IMG/VR virus record: IMGVR_UViG_3300035703_002708
Strand: one strand, 5' to 3'
DNA from: a virus
Taxonomy: Duplodnaviria; Caudoviricetes
Length of the DNA: 64,000 nt
In this document: in pieces, positions 37,901 through 47,522 of the stretch
Layout of the letters: each line of letters starts with the position of its first letter
Position numbering within the stretch: position 1 is the stretch's first letter
The notes under the pieces: model-generated
What the model was told of the DNA's origin: nothing
The model's input: the letters and a program-made list of their open reading frames with translations, nothing else
Database searches by the model: none
Made by a program: the position numbers and the translations under genes

Positions 37901-40900
37901 TTTAAGACAAATGTTCAATACCCATATAAGGCGGCGGCCTACCTTTTTCTGAATAGTTTACCAATTTCAACTCTTAAAGAAAAATATAAATCCTCGACTG
38001 ATGGAGTTACCGAAGATTTAGATTATATTTTTGCGACATTTAAAAAATTTGGTGCGGTACATAAATTACCTTACCCATTTTTATTGAAGTATGGTTCTTT
38101 GTGGCACAGATATAAATATAAAATTCAAAATGACGAGGATATTCTTGAAGGGATATGGGAAGACTTTAATTATCTTAATAACTATGACCCCGCAACTTCT
38201 GCCGCCACCAAAACATACACCTTTACAGGTTTTAATGAAACAAATGAAACTAAAATTACTTTACAAAAAAGTAATGTGGTTAATAATCTCACCGCTAGTA
38301 CGATTGACGTTGGTTTTTATCCCAAACTTATTAATGATTTTTCATTTTGTTTAAATGGTTATGAGATATTTACAACATCAGAATTTGGAGTTGGTCCATT
38401 TTCAGGATTTACCGTAGGATTTACAAACGAAGATATTCAAAACGGAATTAACTCTGGATTGACAGTGAATAGGACGGTATCAAATTTTGCCGCACTAAGA
38501 TTTGATAAAATCAATACGGGTAGAACCTTCGTAATGAATTCTTATACTTTGACTTTGAATAACATAGACGACACTAGTTTTTTCACAATACCGTCGGTCG
38601 GAAATGGATTTAATCAGTCATTCAATGAATGTTTTGGTAATATAAATAGTACAATATTAAATCCTGATAAGATAATAGAACCACTAGACAATAAATCAAT
38701 TTTTAATGGGTCAGTCAGGACTTTTTGGATGTCACCAAACTATGGATGGTTTAACAACAGTCAAGTTCAAAAACCTGAATACAACCAGTATTTGAAAAAA
38801 ATAAATTCAAATACTGGCGTTCAAGACAACTTCACAATAACTAAAAATTCTGATTACTCTTATTTCGACGAATTAACATCGGCTTTCAAAAAAGACATTT
38901 TAGATGACTTAGAACAATTATTTTTGAATTTTTCTCAATCAAAATATAATTTCTTACCTATCGACCCAACTCAATTAAGCTCATCAACTCCATCAGATTC
39001 TGTTTTTATTAATCAGAATTTTCACAAAATGTTTACAGAAATGATGAGGTTACCAATCGGAGATAAGAACTTGGATTTGAATTCACTTCAGAAAAAACAA
39101 TATTCAAATATAAATGGTATTATAAAAAATTTCTTAGAATACGATGTTTTATTTAAGTATGGAAATCCTGCAGATTACAACAAACAACTTTTTTTATCAT
39201 TTACCATTCCTGCTAGTAAAAAAAATGGTGTAGTTAATGTCATTGACCCTATAAAACCTTTGACATACTCTAACTACACACCAAACGCCCTACCCACCCA
39301 AACAACTCCATTTTCATTAGACTTGGTAAAATCTAATTATCCTGAAGCATGGGAGGCATTACTACTTAATGTTGGATTTTCCGAGATAACGGGTATAAAA
39401 TATTCCGATTCTGGCTCTACAATATTTGATTATTTTATCGATAACAATATAGAATTTAGTTCTGAAAATATAGAACTCCTCTACCCCTTGATAAAAATAT
39501 ATTCTACACAAAAAAATATAGATAGTAATTATAATAGAACGAAGTTCCTCACAGATATCACAAATTTTGTAAATAAAAATAATGATTTCCAAAATCTTAT
39601 ACTTACATCATCTTTTGTGAAAATGAAAAAAAATTTGGCAGACGTTAGTTTCACTCCACAAAGTAATTTTTCATCAGAATTGATAGGAAACCAAGGAAAA
39701 ATAGAAATTTGGGAGGGGTTGAAATCCACAAATGATAGATGGATTGCGGGATATGATTTGAAATATAAAACGATTTTTGAGGATGTTTTGTTAATTGACA
39801 GAGCAAGTCGTGATATCGGAGATAAGGTTTTAGTAGATATATTTGCCCTAAATAATTTACTAACTAATGTTAACGTAACAACAAATTTATTATATTATGC
39901 TCAATCTATACTTCAAATGAATAATTTTCAGGTGATGTCACTTCCATCTTTCGTTAATTTTTACAACGTACAGGACCCTGTTAAAAACGCCATACCGAAA
40001 GTTGAGAGTTCTTTGGAGTTTGCTAACGATATGTTTGGTACCCATCCTAATGTCGATTATAGGAATTCAGGTCCAAAAATGGTTTGTTTCTATGCCGGTA
40101 AACCTTCAGAACATTTACAGATTAACAAACCTGACTATGCATATCAAGATGATGGAATTTATTTTCAAAAGTTAGATTCCAACACTTTGATTGATAATTT
40201 AGTTAACAAAAATGATTGGGGTAAATCAAACAGAGTCGTCGGATTTACCGTAGATATGGGAGTTCAAAATCAAGGAGTGTTCACTAACATTTCTGTGAGT
40301 CAAGATGCGGGTAAACCCACTTCAGAAACTTTACAACAGTTAAATGATATGGCAAACCAAGCGGGAGGGAGAAAAACATCAACACAAAACGTTTCTCTTT
40401 ATAATCTTTATAAGACAAGAAGCTATGGTTGTACAGTTCAAATGATGGGTAATGCTATGATACAGCCAATGATGTATTTTAACCTAAGACATGTACCCAT
40501 GTTTTCAGGTTCATATATGATTTTGGGTGTAAATCATAACATACAACCCGGTAGTTTTACAACTCAATTTGAAGGTGTCAGACAATCTATTTTCAGTTTA
40601 CCTGATATAGATAATTATATTCAGGGTATTATAACAAATCTTCTTAATACTGTTTTCACTCAAGTCAAACAAGAAAATGCTAAAAAGGAGGCTCAGTCTC
40701 AAAACACGGCACAGTCTAAACAAAACCAACAAAGTAATTCTAAAAATATTGAACCATCTAAGTCCGATACATGTAAACCAAATTCTGAATTCCAAGATTT
40801 CTCATCGATACAACCAACAATAACTACTATTAGTTATAAAGATATGATTGATGAAATTATTTCTATTACAAATAATACGGATTATTCAACTGTAGCAAAT

Positions 40901-41401
40901 AGTCAGATAGTTAAAACAAAATTAAATTACGCGATATGGTCTTTATTTTGGTTGAACTCCAATACTGGCTCAGGATTTAGTAATTATGAAATTAATTTCT
41001 CTAACTTAAGGTTGGATTTGAAAGTCAACAAAGAAGAAAAGAAATTAGGAAATAGAAAAACTTATTTATCTAAACAGTATTATTGTGCAACTTATAATAA
41101 TGAGGAATTTACCTTCGGAGTATTTCAAACGATAGAAGATTCTCTGAAATTTATTGTCGAATATTTAAAAGCAAAAATAAATCTATCTTTAGTCAAGGGA
41201 TTGGATATAAAAAATGCTCAAGGTAAGATAAATGATGTGGATGCGTTAGCGAAATCAATCGATGAATTCTTATATACCTCTTATCCTGTTGAGGATAAAA
41301 ATATCCAATATGAAAGAGATATCTTCCCAACACAACAATGCAAAGATAGAATATCTCAAATTAAATCGGCAATTCAACAAGCAGAAACATTAGGTTTATA
41401 A
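34946..41401 (+). CDS. Giant baseplate hub protein (gp27/gpD/VgrG-like)
   Basis: N-terminal LLGITNI...PKITITMQDVRGRALFE...LTLKGYYGKAV; C-terminal YGCTVQMMGNAMIQPMMYFNL...FSGSYMILGVNHNI.PGSFTTQFEGVR hub pattern; 2151 aa. Confidence 0.65.
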   Translation: MADNSENIFVEFDYQNIIIVDPNKIVDQDGKAKERLVKHEELVMYANLECSLVPRTKLRLGIQQSEVQTVSLAKINFLKPGDKKYLDNTYTELFTGTNDKNKEKQPQTFRFYEPQSDKIDSGLIESSLLGITNINFNITTAFLPKITITMQDVRGRALFELGNNSPYAAFFNLPYPSFFLTLKGYYGKAVRYQLMLQNFNARFDNSSGNFEITCTFLTYKFNVLSDVSMGYLLATPYMYQTTVLQKTNSSNPNNTNVTATPKSYTLGFQKIREMFNEYKSKGIVADDLPELTVTQLQKKLDSFIKETLMPWGQVNMEPLTNIETYSKTLNQMKGEVVLIEDSWVKKNLDLKNPILLKNATKVYLLKDPIRQNKTLETQVRVDLANIFNKYNTSLNDNPTLGANGTYTIGNTSEKSAINNSVNFVPSPQNPGKLPTWINFNVQSSDIDFEKTYSVVTNKNPQAAENKLDFEKFQADLQLKISLSQPTTPGLNEPPQYDKFYAYENVGTFLSLVSQMEKSVSIKKEEILKKLGDELNNVIKNGSQNKSGLGFIPTIRNVLAILFANGEAFLRLMDDCHREAWNKRDSDVRKKAILGKTSSDSANDFVYPWPQLIVEKEKDGVKKYEVTYPGDVNVLSQTEGYLFDEWPEIEFVEELLGGLMKRNPTDSGFSSEGENSNTVSRISLNAIEFPISNVVYQNKEEVKFFYEFWERMGSVSNFSRLSRGDSLNYQMDEIISQTESTNMLQALGTENVFLIKNLKEYDISPTTIIPILATISNSGEGESYQRFVRGLYSTTYITNYTKNDYKIFDNPIFTKLNSAGQTDIKIEKEADLSKYIESTTAEKFDLLDTYPMTNNNWVKSYMSDGVNSSDVVNQTKNVIKFNNAINSIANFNTDDGTPLTKRPITYFNYLNNTPIYTFDNPPINSDILKNFYKSRTDQTFISKSSQLPTEGTISYQNYSGGVQSEQTTSILNTPYFINAIQKGVYNFKTNVQYPYKAAAYLFLNSLPISTLKEKYKSSTDGVTEDLDYIFATFKKFGAVHKLPYPFLLKYGSLWHRYKYKIQNDEDILEGIWEDFNYLNNYDPATSAATKTYTFTGFNETNETKITLQKSNVVNNLTASTIDVGFYPKLINDFSFCLNGYEIFTTSEFGVGPFSGFTVGFTNEDIQNGINSGLTVNRTVSNFAALRFDKINTGRTFVMNSYTLTLNNIDDTSFFTIPSVGNGFNQSFNECFGNINSTILNPDKIIEPLDNKSIFNGSVRTFWMSPNYGWFNNSQVQKPEYNQYLKKINSNTGVQDNFTITKNSDYSYFDELTSAFKKDILDDLEQLFLNFSQSKYNFLPIDPTQLSSSTPSDSVFINQNFHKMFTEMMRLPIGDKNLDLNSLQKKQYSNINGIIKNFLEYDVLFKYGNPADYNKQLFLSFTIPASKKNGVVNVIDPIKPLTYSNYTPNALPTQTTPFSLDLVKSNYPEAWEALLLNVGFSEITGIKYSDSGSTIFDYFIDNNIEFSSENIELLYPLIKIYSTQKNIDSNYNRTKFLTDITNFVNKNNDFQNLILTSSFVKMKKNLADVSFTPQSNFSSELIGNQGKIEIWEGLKSTNDRWIAGYDLKYKTIFEDVLLIDRASRDIGDKVLVDIFALNNLLTNVNVTTNLLYYAQSILQMNNFQVMSLPSFVNFYNVQDPVKNAIPKVESSLEFANDMFGTHPNVDYRNSGPKMVCFYAGKPSEHLQINKPDYAYQDDGIYFQKLDSNTLIDNLVNKNDWGKSNRVVGFTVDMGVQNQGVFTNISVSQDAGKPTSETLQQLNDMANQAGGRKTSTQNVSLYNLYKTRSYGCTVQMMGNAMIQPMMYFNLRHVPMFSGSYMILGVNHNIQPGSFTTQFEGVRQSIFSLPDIDNYIQGIITNLLNTVFTQVKQENAKKEAQSQNTAQSKQNQQSNSKNIEPSKSDTCKPNSEFQDFSSIQPTITTISYKDMIDEIISITNNTDYSTVANSQIVKTKLNYAIWSLFWLNSNTGSGFSNYEINFSNLRLDLKVNKEEKKLGNRKTYLSKQYYCATYNNEEFTFGVFQTIEDSLKFIVEYLKAKINLSLVKGLDIKNAQGKINDVDALAKSIDEFLYTSYPVEDKNIQYERDIFPTQQCKDRISQIKSAIQQAETLGL

Positions 41402-41438
41402 TTTACAATAAATGATGATATTTATATAAAAAAAACAT

Positions 41439-41666
41439 ATGAGCTCAGTTAAAAATATATTGGATAGTTACCTTGGTAAGAACACAAGGGTATCCGAAAA
41501 AGATTTGGGAAATGGTTCAAAACAAGTTTGTGATTTGGACAGCGGTGAATGCTACACAATAAGAATGAAAGATGGTCTTATTGAAAGAGTAGACAACACT
41601 ATGAATCAATCTAAAAAAATTCAAGTAGAAACCGCATCAGGAATAAAACAATTATTGAATGGATAA
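41439..41666 (+). CDS. Hypothetical protein
   Basis: 75-aa ORF preceded by TATTTAT and overlapping the next gene. Confidence 0.7.
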   Translation: MSSVKNILDSYLGKNTRVSEKDLGNGSKQVCDLDSGECYTIRMKDGLIERVDNTMNQSKKIQVETASGIKQLLNG

Positions 41667-42360
41667 CAAAATGAGAGTAGACGAAAAAATTTTAGAAGAA
41701 TTAAAAAGATATAATCAAATTAATCGATATATCACAGAACAGGAGGCTTTGGACGTACCACCCCCACCTGATGCACCTCCAGCAGACCCATTAGGCGCGG
41801 CAGACCCAGCGGCGGGAGCTCCTCCACCACCTGGTGGAGAACTACCACCACCTCCAGGCGGAGAGGCACCACCCGCTGAACCAACACCTATTGACCCTGC
41901 AACGGACCCTGATGTAGAAAAAATAGGACCAGAGGGAGAATCAGAAGAAAAGGGAGAAGATACCGAAGAATTGGACATAACTGATTTGGTAACTTCACAA
42001 AAAAACATTGAAACTAAACAAGAAGAATATTTCAACAACCTCTTCAGTCAGTTAGAAACTCTACAAGGTAAGTTGGGTGAAATGGACAAATTGGTTTCCA
42101 AAATTGATGCATTAGAAGCCAAGGTTGAAAAATACAGACCAAAAACGGCTCAAGAAAAACTTGAACTAAGAAGTTTGGATTCGGGACCTTACAATCAAAA
42201 ACTTTCAGATTTCTTCGTAGATAAAGAAGAAGAAATGGAAAAATCGGGAAAAAATGAATATGTTTTAACAACTGATGAGGTAAAAGATTTTTCACCATCA
42301 GAAGTTAGAGATAGTTTTAGAGATTTTCCTGGTAATGAAAAACCTGTCGAAGTTAAGTAA
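41659..42360 (+). CDS. Acidic, proline-rich coiled-coil protein (possible scaffold or internal head protein)
   Basis: DVPPPPDAPPADP...PPPPGGELPPPPGGE low-complexity tract, then a coiled-coil LFSQLETLQGKLGEMDKLVSKIDALEAKVEK. Confidence 0.55.
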   Translation: MDNKMRVDEKILEELKRYNQINRYITEQEALDVPPPPDAPPADPLGAADPAAGAPPPPGGELPPPPGGEAPPAEPTPIDPATDPDVEKIGPEGESEEKGEDTEELDITDLVTSQKNIETKQEEYFNNLFSQLETLQGKLGEMDKLVSKIDALEAKVEKYRPKTAQEKLELRSLDSGPYNQKLSDFFVDKEEEMEKSGKNEYVLTTDEVKDFSPSEVRDSFRDFPGNEKPVEVK

Positions 42361-42380
42361 TCAAACAAACACATAATTAG

Positions 42381-42407
42381 AAGGGTGCCCCAAAAGCACC
42401 CTTTTTT
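42381..42407 (+). terminator. Intrinsic terminator ending the tail operon
   Basis: aagggtgc-cccaaaa-gcaccctt plus T-run. Confidence 0.85.
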
Positions 42408-42408
42408 A

Positions 42409-42439
42409 TTTGACAACCTCCTTAAAACACTTATATTTC
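42409..42439 (+). promoter_or_regulatory. Host-type promoter for the replication operon
   Basis: TTTG-N19-TATATTTC, near the Bacteroidota TTTG/TAnnTTTG consensus; also readable as TTGACA-N16-TATATT. Confidence 0.55.
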
Positions 42440-42471
42440 TAAAACAATTTAACAACTTAATATTTTAATTT

Positions 42472-43323
42472 ATGGCGACAAATGCAATGGATGCTGTTTT
42501 GGCTCAGTATGAAAAACAACAAAAGTCAAGTACGTCTTCTGGCTCAAAGATGAGTCAAGACGAGAGAATGAAAAAATACTTTGCAGCCGTTCTCGGCGAC
42601 AAAGAAAGTCAAGGAACAAAACGTCTTCGTATCCTCCCAACAAGTGATGGAAGTTCACCCTTCAAAGAAGTATGGTATCACGAAGTTCAAGTAGACGGAA
42701 AATGGGTAAAACTTTATGACCCAGGTAAAAACGACAATGAGCGTTCACCACTTAATGAATTATTTGAAGAATTAATGGCAACAGGTAAAGAATCGGACAA
42801 GAAATTGGCAGGAAACTACCGCTCACGTTTGTTCTATATCGTAAAAGTGGTTGACCGTGATGCAGAACAAGATGGTCCGAAGTTTTGGAGATTTAAACAC
42901 AACTACAAAAAAGAAGGTATCTTGGACAAAATTATTCCAATTTGGAGAGCAAAAGGTGATATCACTGACGCAGAAAAAGGTCGTGACCTTTTATTGGAAC
43001 TTACCAAAACAAAAGCAAACAACGGTAAACCTTATACCGTAATTCAGGCGGTTATGTATGATGACCCCCAACCATTACACGAAAATGAAGATACTCAAAA
43101 GGCTTGGTTAAGTGACGAACTTACTTGGGCTGACGTGTATTCAAAAAAACCTGTTGAGTATTTAGAAGCAATCGCTCGAGGAGAAACTCCACATTGGGAC
43201 TCTGACGCAGGAAAATATGTTTACGGTGACTCATCCGTAGGAACAACATCAGTAGGTGGTTCTACCCCTTCAGTTGAAGACCCACAACTAATGGACGCTC
43301 CTGACGAGGACCTACCTTTCTAA
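42472..43323 (+). CDS. Single-stranded DNA-binding protein (T4 gp32-like)
   Basis: LRILP...PFKEVWYH, LYDPGKND...P, LFYIVKVVDR...GPKFWRF, KGRDLLL; acidic tail DAPDEDLPF. Confidence 0.85.
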   Translation: MATNAMDAVLAQYEKQQKSSTSSGSKMSQDERMKKYFAAVLGDKESQGTKRLRILPTSDGSSPFKEVWYHEVQVDGKWVKLYDPGKNDNERSPLNELFEELMATGKESDKKLAGNYRSRLFYIVKVVDRDAEQDGPKFWRFKHNYKKEGILDKIIPIWRAKGDITDAEKGRDLLLELTKTKANNGKPYTVIQAVMYDDPQPLHENEDTQKAWLSDELTWADVYSKKPVEYLEAIARGETPHWDSDAGKYVYGDSSVGTTSVGGSTPSVEDPQLMDAPDEDLPF

Positions 43324-43337
43324 TCAAACAAAATCAT

Positions 43338-43376
43338 AGGATGGACATTTACTTGGACAAAGTGTCCATCCTTTAT
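43338..43376 (+). terminator. Hairpin/terminator after the SSB gene
   Basis: aggatggaca...tgtccatcct stem of at least 9-10 bp, followed by ttatt. Confidence 0.6.
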
Positions 43377-43403
43377 TATATTTAATCAATTTAACTTAAT
43401 AGC

Positions 43404-43622
43404 ATGGACAAAATCAGATTCAAAATGTACGAGGCTCTCAAAAAGAAATATGAGGGTGAAATGTTGGATGCCGAAGCATCATTACTTGTTTATTTCACAA
43501 ATCCTGTTGGTATTGGAGAACATCCACAACACATTGAGGAAATGGATAAGTTAATCGAGAAACGAGCAAACGCACAAGACAAACTCGAAAACTTAGAACA
43601 ATTTTACAAATTCGAAATTTAA
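43404..43622 (+). CDS. Small conserved phage protein
   Basis: YFTNPVGIGEHPQHIEEMDKLI helical-hairpin pattern recalled from T4-like environmental phages; not database-checked. Confidence 0.65.
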   Translation: MDKIRFKMYEALKKKYEGEMLDAEASLLVYFTNPVGIGEHPQHIEEMDKLIEKRANAQDKLENLEQFYKFEI

Positions 43623-43624
43623 TT

Positions 43625-44629
43625 ATGGCCTTAAAGAAACAAGATTTTAAATCAATCAAGAATAAGTTCTCAACATCGGCAAAATACAAACCACAGAGGT
43701 ATTTTGATTTGGGTCCTGAGTTCTTGGATGCGGTGGGTCTACCAGGTCCTGCAATTGGACATATTAATATGTTCTTGGGACACTCAGACACGGGTAAGAC
43801 AACCGCACTTGTAAAGACGGCTGTTGATGCTCAGAAAAAACAAACTTTACCTGTATTCATTATCACTGAACAAAAATGGTCATTTGACCACGCAAAGATG
43901 ATGGGTTTTGAATGTGATGAGGTTGTTGATGAGTCAACAGGAGAAATGGATTGGGACGGGTTCTTTTTATTTAACAACTCATTTCAATATATCGAACAAA
44001 TTACCGATTATATTAATGAACTATTAGATGCTCAAGAAAAGGGTGATTTAGATTATTCATTATGTTTTCTGTGGGACTCGGTAGGTTCAGTACCTTGTAA
44101 GATGACTTACGAAGGCAAGGGTGGAAAACAACATAACGCTGCCGTATTAGCCGACAAAATTGGTATGGGTATCAACCAAAGAATTTCAGGTTCACGTAGA
44201 GCAGATAGTAAATACGAAAACACTTTGATTATCGTTAATCAGCCTTGGGTCGAATTACCTGATAATCCATTCGGACAACCGAAGATTAAAGCAAAGGGTG
44301 GCGAGGCGATTTGGTTAAACTCATCTTTGGTATTCTTATTTGGTAATCAAAAAGGTGCTGGTACAACAAAGATTTCAGCAACCAAAGACAAGCGTTCAGT
44401 TAAGTTTGCAACAAGAAGTAAAATTTCCGTTATCAAAAACCACATCAACGGATTGGGTTATGAAGATGGTAAGATTATAGTTACACCTCACGGATTTTTA
44501 GCGGCAAAAGAACCGGCAGAAGAAAAAGCATCGGTTGAAAAATACAAAAAGGAATACTCAGAATATTGGAAAGATATTTTGGGGACTGACTTTAACGATG
44601 TGAAGTTTACAGAAGAACAGGATGTTTAA
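43625..44629 (+). CDS. recA: RecA/UvsX-like recombinase
   Basis: Walker A GHSDTGKTT, Walker B FLWDSVGS, IIVNQPW, KGGEAIWLNSS, KISVIKNH. Confidence 0.88.
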   Translation: MALKKQDFKSIKNKFSTSAKYKPQRYFDLGPEFLDAVGLPGPAIGHINMFLGHSDTGKTTALVKTAVDAQKKQTLPVFIITEQKWSFDHAKMMGFECDEVVDESTGEMDWDGFFLFNNSFQYIEQITDYINELLDAQEKGDLDYSLCFLWDSVGSVPCKMTYEGKGGKQHNAAVLADKIGMGINQRISGSRRADSKYENTLIIVNQPWVELPDNPFGQPKIKAKGGEAIWLNSSLVFLFGNQKGAGTTKISATKDKRSVKFATRSKISVIKNHINGLGYEDGKIIVTPHGFLAAKEPAEEKASVEKYKKEYSEYWKDILGTDFNDVKFTEEQDV

Positions 44630-44645
44630 TTAAAAAAATAACAAA

Positions 44646-45656
44646 GTGACAAAAACACTTTTAGTTGATGGTAATAACCTTTTGAAAATTGGGTTTTACG
44701 GGGTAAAGGAGTATTATCATAAAGGTGAACACATCGGAGGTATTTATCATTTTTTAAATACCCTCCGAAGGTTCATAGAAGAACAAAACTTTGATAAGGT
44801 AGTTGTATTTTGGGACGGTGACTCAAACTCATCGGCACGGAAACTCATATATCCCAAGTATAAGGAAAACAGAACCTCAACCGAGACGGACCAAAAGAAG
44901 GAATCATTTTACAAACAAAAAGAACGAATCAAACAATATTTGGAAGAAATGTTTGTAAGACAGGTTGAGGTAAATAACAACGAGTCCGATGATTTGATTG
45001 CATATTATTGTCATATATCTGACGATGAACAAAAAACAATTTTTTCATCAGATAGGGATTTAACACAACTAATTTCTGAAAAGGTCTCTGTATATTCACC
45101 CCAACAAAAAAGGACGTATAAGATGGGTGATATGATTAAAAACAAGGATTTGGAGTTTCCCCACTATAATATCAAGACCACGAAAATTCTTTGTGGTGAC
45201 ACATCAGATAATATTGATGGTATTAGATATTTGGGAGAGAAAACTTTGGTTAAATTATTCCCCGAGATACTTGAAAATCCAATCACCTTTAGTGATATTT
45301 TGTCAAAAGCAGAACAACTCCTCAAAGAGGACAAAGAAAACACGGCACTTAAAAATCTACTCACAGGTAAAACAAAAGACGGAATTTATGGAGAAGAATT
45401 TTTTGTGATTAATCAAAAGATAATTGATTTGTCTGAACCACTTATCACAGAACAAGGTAAAACTATTGTAGAGGAATACTACAAAGAGACCTTGGACCCT
45501 GATGGTAGGGGATATAAGAACCTAATCAAAATGATGATGGATGACGGAATATTCAAGTTCCTACCTAAAACCGACGACGCATGGGTAGAATTTTTAAGAC
45601 CAATAATGAAACTAACAAGAAAAGAAAAAAAGAAATTTAAAAATCAAAAAAACTAA
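44646..45656 (+). CDS. 5'-3' exonuclease/flap endonuclease (T4 RNase H / PolI N-terminal-like)
   Basis: LLVDGNN, VVFWDG, YPKYKENR, ESDDLIAY, SSDRDLTQL, LCGDTSDNIDGI..LGEKT. Confidence 0.93.
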   Translation: MTKTLLVDGNNLLKIGFYGVKEYYHKGEHIGGIYHFLNTLRRFIEEQNFDKVVVFWDGDSNSSARKLIYPKYKENRTSTETDQKKESFYKQKERIKQYLEEMFVRQVEVNNNESDDLIAYYCHISDDEQKTIFSSDRDLTQLISEKVSVYSPQQKRTYKMGDMIKNKDLEFPHYNIKTTKILCGDTSDNIDGIRYLGEKTLVKLFPEILENPITFSDILSKAEQLLKEDKENTALKNLLTGKTKDGIYGEEFFVINQKIIDLSEPLITEQGKTIVEEYYKETLDPDGRGYKNLIKMMMDDGIFKFLPKTDDAWVEFLRPIMKLTRKEKKKFKNQKN

Positions 45657-45658
45657 TT

Positions 45659-46111
45659 ATGAAAGAACAAGATTCAACCAAGTTGGAGTTTTTACTCAAA
45701 GTTAATGGAAACATTATCGTGCAACGATTTTTCAATGTGAGGGGTTATAACCACAAGGCTCGTAACTCTATGGAATTACACGATTATATTTCCGAGTTTA
45801 TCGATGAGTTTAGAAACGATTTGAGGGTGAGAACGGCCTCTTATATGATTGACAATATGTACGACATATATGAGAATCCACAGATTATGGAGACATCAAT
45901 CACTGATGGCCCAGAGAGTTTTTCACTTATGATTAAAAACGGAGATAACGTGTTATACCATCGTTACCTCGACGCGAAGATTTACCCACCAAAAGTTAGA
46001 TACACCGTAGACCTCCGCCCAAAATTAAAGTCGATTCTGAACACCCTGACAGAGATTTTTTCGACAAAAAAATTAACTTTGGAATATTCGGATTATAGTT
46101 TAGATGTGTAA
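45659..46111 (+). CDS. Hypothetical protein
   Basis: 150-aa ORF tightly packed in the replication operon. Confidence 0.75.
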   Translation: MKEQDSTKLEFLLKVNGNIIVQRFFNVRGYNHKARNSMELHDYISEFIDEFRNDLRVRTASYMIDNMYDIYENPQIMETSITDGPESFSLMIKNGDNVLYHRYLDAKIYPPKVRYTVDLRPKLKSILNTLTEIFSTKKLTLEYSDYSLDV

Positions 46112-46140
46112 TATTTATCAATACATCAAGGAGATTTTAT

Positions 46141-47520
46141 ATGGCGACAGAGAAAAATTTTGAATATTTAGGACAATCATTTCAATTACAATTACTTAAT
46201 CAGATTGTTGTAGATAAGGACTTCGCCCACTCTATTGTTGATGTTATTGAACCTAGTTATTTCGAGAACAAATACTTCAAAATCATTTTACAAATGGTTA
46301 AGGAGTATTACAAGAAATACGAAGTTACACCATCTTTTGAAACTCTAAATCAGATAACAAGGAGCGAACTTCCTCAAGAAATGGTGGCTAAAGTTGTATT
46401 GGACACTGTGAAAAAAATCAAGGATGTTAATATTGATGGTCCACAGTTCGTACAAGAAAAGGCTTTGAAATTCTGTAAACAACAAGAAGTTTCAAAGGCT
46501 ATGACAAAGGCTCAAAAAATCATCGACGGAGGGGAGTTTGAAAGTTATGACACAATTGAAGAATTATTTAAATCCGCATTACAAGTGGGTGAAAGAGAGA
46601 CATCCCTTATGGATGTGTTCTCAAACTTGGATGAGGTATTGAATGAGGATTACAGACATCCGATACCTATGGGTATCCCTGGTATTGACAGATTATTAAA
46701 AGGTGGTTTGGCAAAAGGAGAAATTGGTGTTATCTTAGCACCTACGGGTGTGGGTAAATCCACTTTACTTACCAAAATATCAAACCATGCGTTCAATATG
46801 GGATACAATGTGTTACAGATATTCTTTGAGGACAACCCAAAGATTATTCAAAGAAAACATATTGTTCTATGGACAGGAATACACCCCGACGATTTAACAT
46901 TCAAAAAAGACGAAGTGTTGAAAAAAGTAAAAGAAGTTGAAGGAACTATGAAAAATAAGTTAATTTTGCAAAAATACGCTTCCGATACTTTGTCTATGAA
47001 TCAAATCAAAAACTCAATCAGAAAGTTAATTGCTGACGGACAACAAATAGATATGATTTTATTAGATTATATTGATTGTGTTTTACCTGACAGACAACTC
47101 GAAGATGAGTGGAAAAGTGAGGGGTCTGTAATGAGAGGGTTTGAAGCGATGTGTCACGAACTATCTTTGGTGGGTTGGACCGCAACACAAGGAAATAGGT
47201 CATCTATTTCATCAGAAGTCGTAACCACAGACCAAATGGGGGGTTCAATTAAGAAAGCACAAGTAGGTCACGTTATCATATCGGTGGCGAAAACCTTACA
47301 ACAAAAAGAGATGAAATTGGCAACAATTGCAATTACAAAATCTCGTATCGGTGACGATGGTGTTATCTTTGAAAATTGTAAATTTGATAACGCAATGTTA
47401 GAGATTGATGTTGAATCATCCACCACATTCTTGGGTCACGAAGAAAACCAAGAAGAGAAGCGTCGTCAGAGAATGAAAGAATTGATGGATAAAAGAAAAG
47501 AAAAACAACAAGTTAATTAA
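46141..47520 (+). CDS. dnaB: Replicative DnaB-like helicase (T4 gp41-like)
   Basis: [47 protein letters not shown]. Confidence 0.93.
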   Translation: MATEKNFEYLGQSFQLQLLNQIVVDKDFAHSIVDVIEPSYFENKYFKIILQMVKEYYKKYEVTPSFETLNQITRSELPQEMVAKVVLDTVKKIKDVNIDGPQFVQEKALKFCKQQEVSKAMTKAQKIIDGGEFESYDTIEELFKSALQVGERETSLMDVFSNLDEVLNEDYRHPIPMGIPGIDRLLKGGLAKGEIGVILAPTGVGKSTLLTKISNHAFNMGYNVLQIFFEDNPKIIQRKHIVLWTGIHPDDLTFKKDEVLKKVKEVEGTMKNKLILQKYASDTLSMNQIKNSIRKLIADGQQIDMILLDYIDCVLPDRQLEDEWKSEGSVMRGFEAMCHELSLVGWTATQGNRSSISSEVVTTDQMGGSIKKAQVGHVIISVAKTLQQKEMKLATIAITKSRIGDDGVIFENCKFDNAMLEIDVESSTTFLGHEENQEEKRRQRMKELMDKRKEKQQVN

Positions 47521-47522
47521 TT

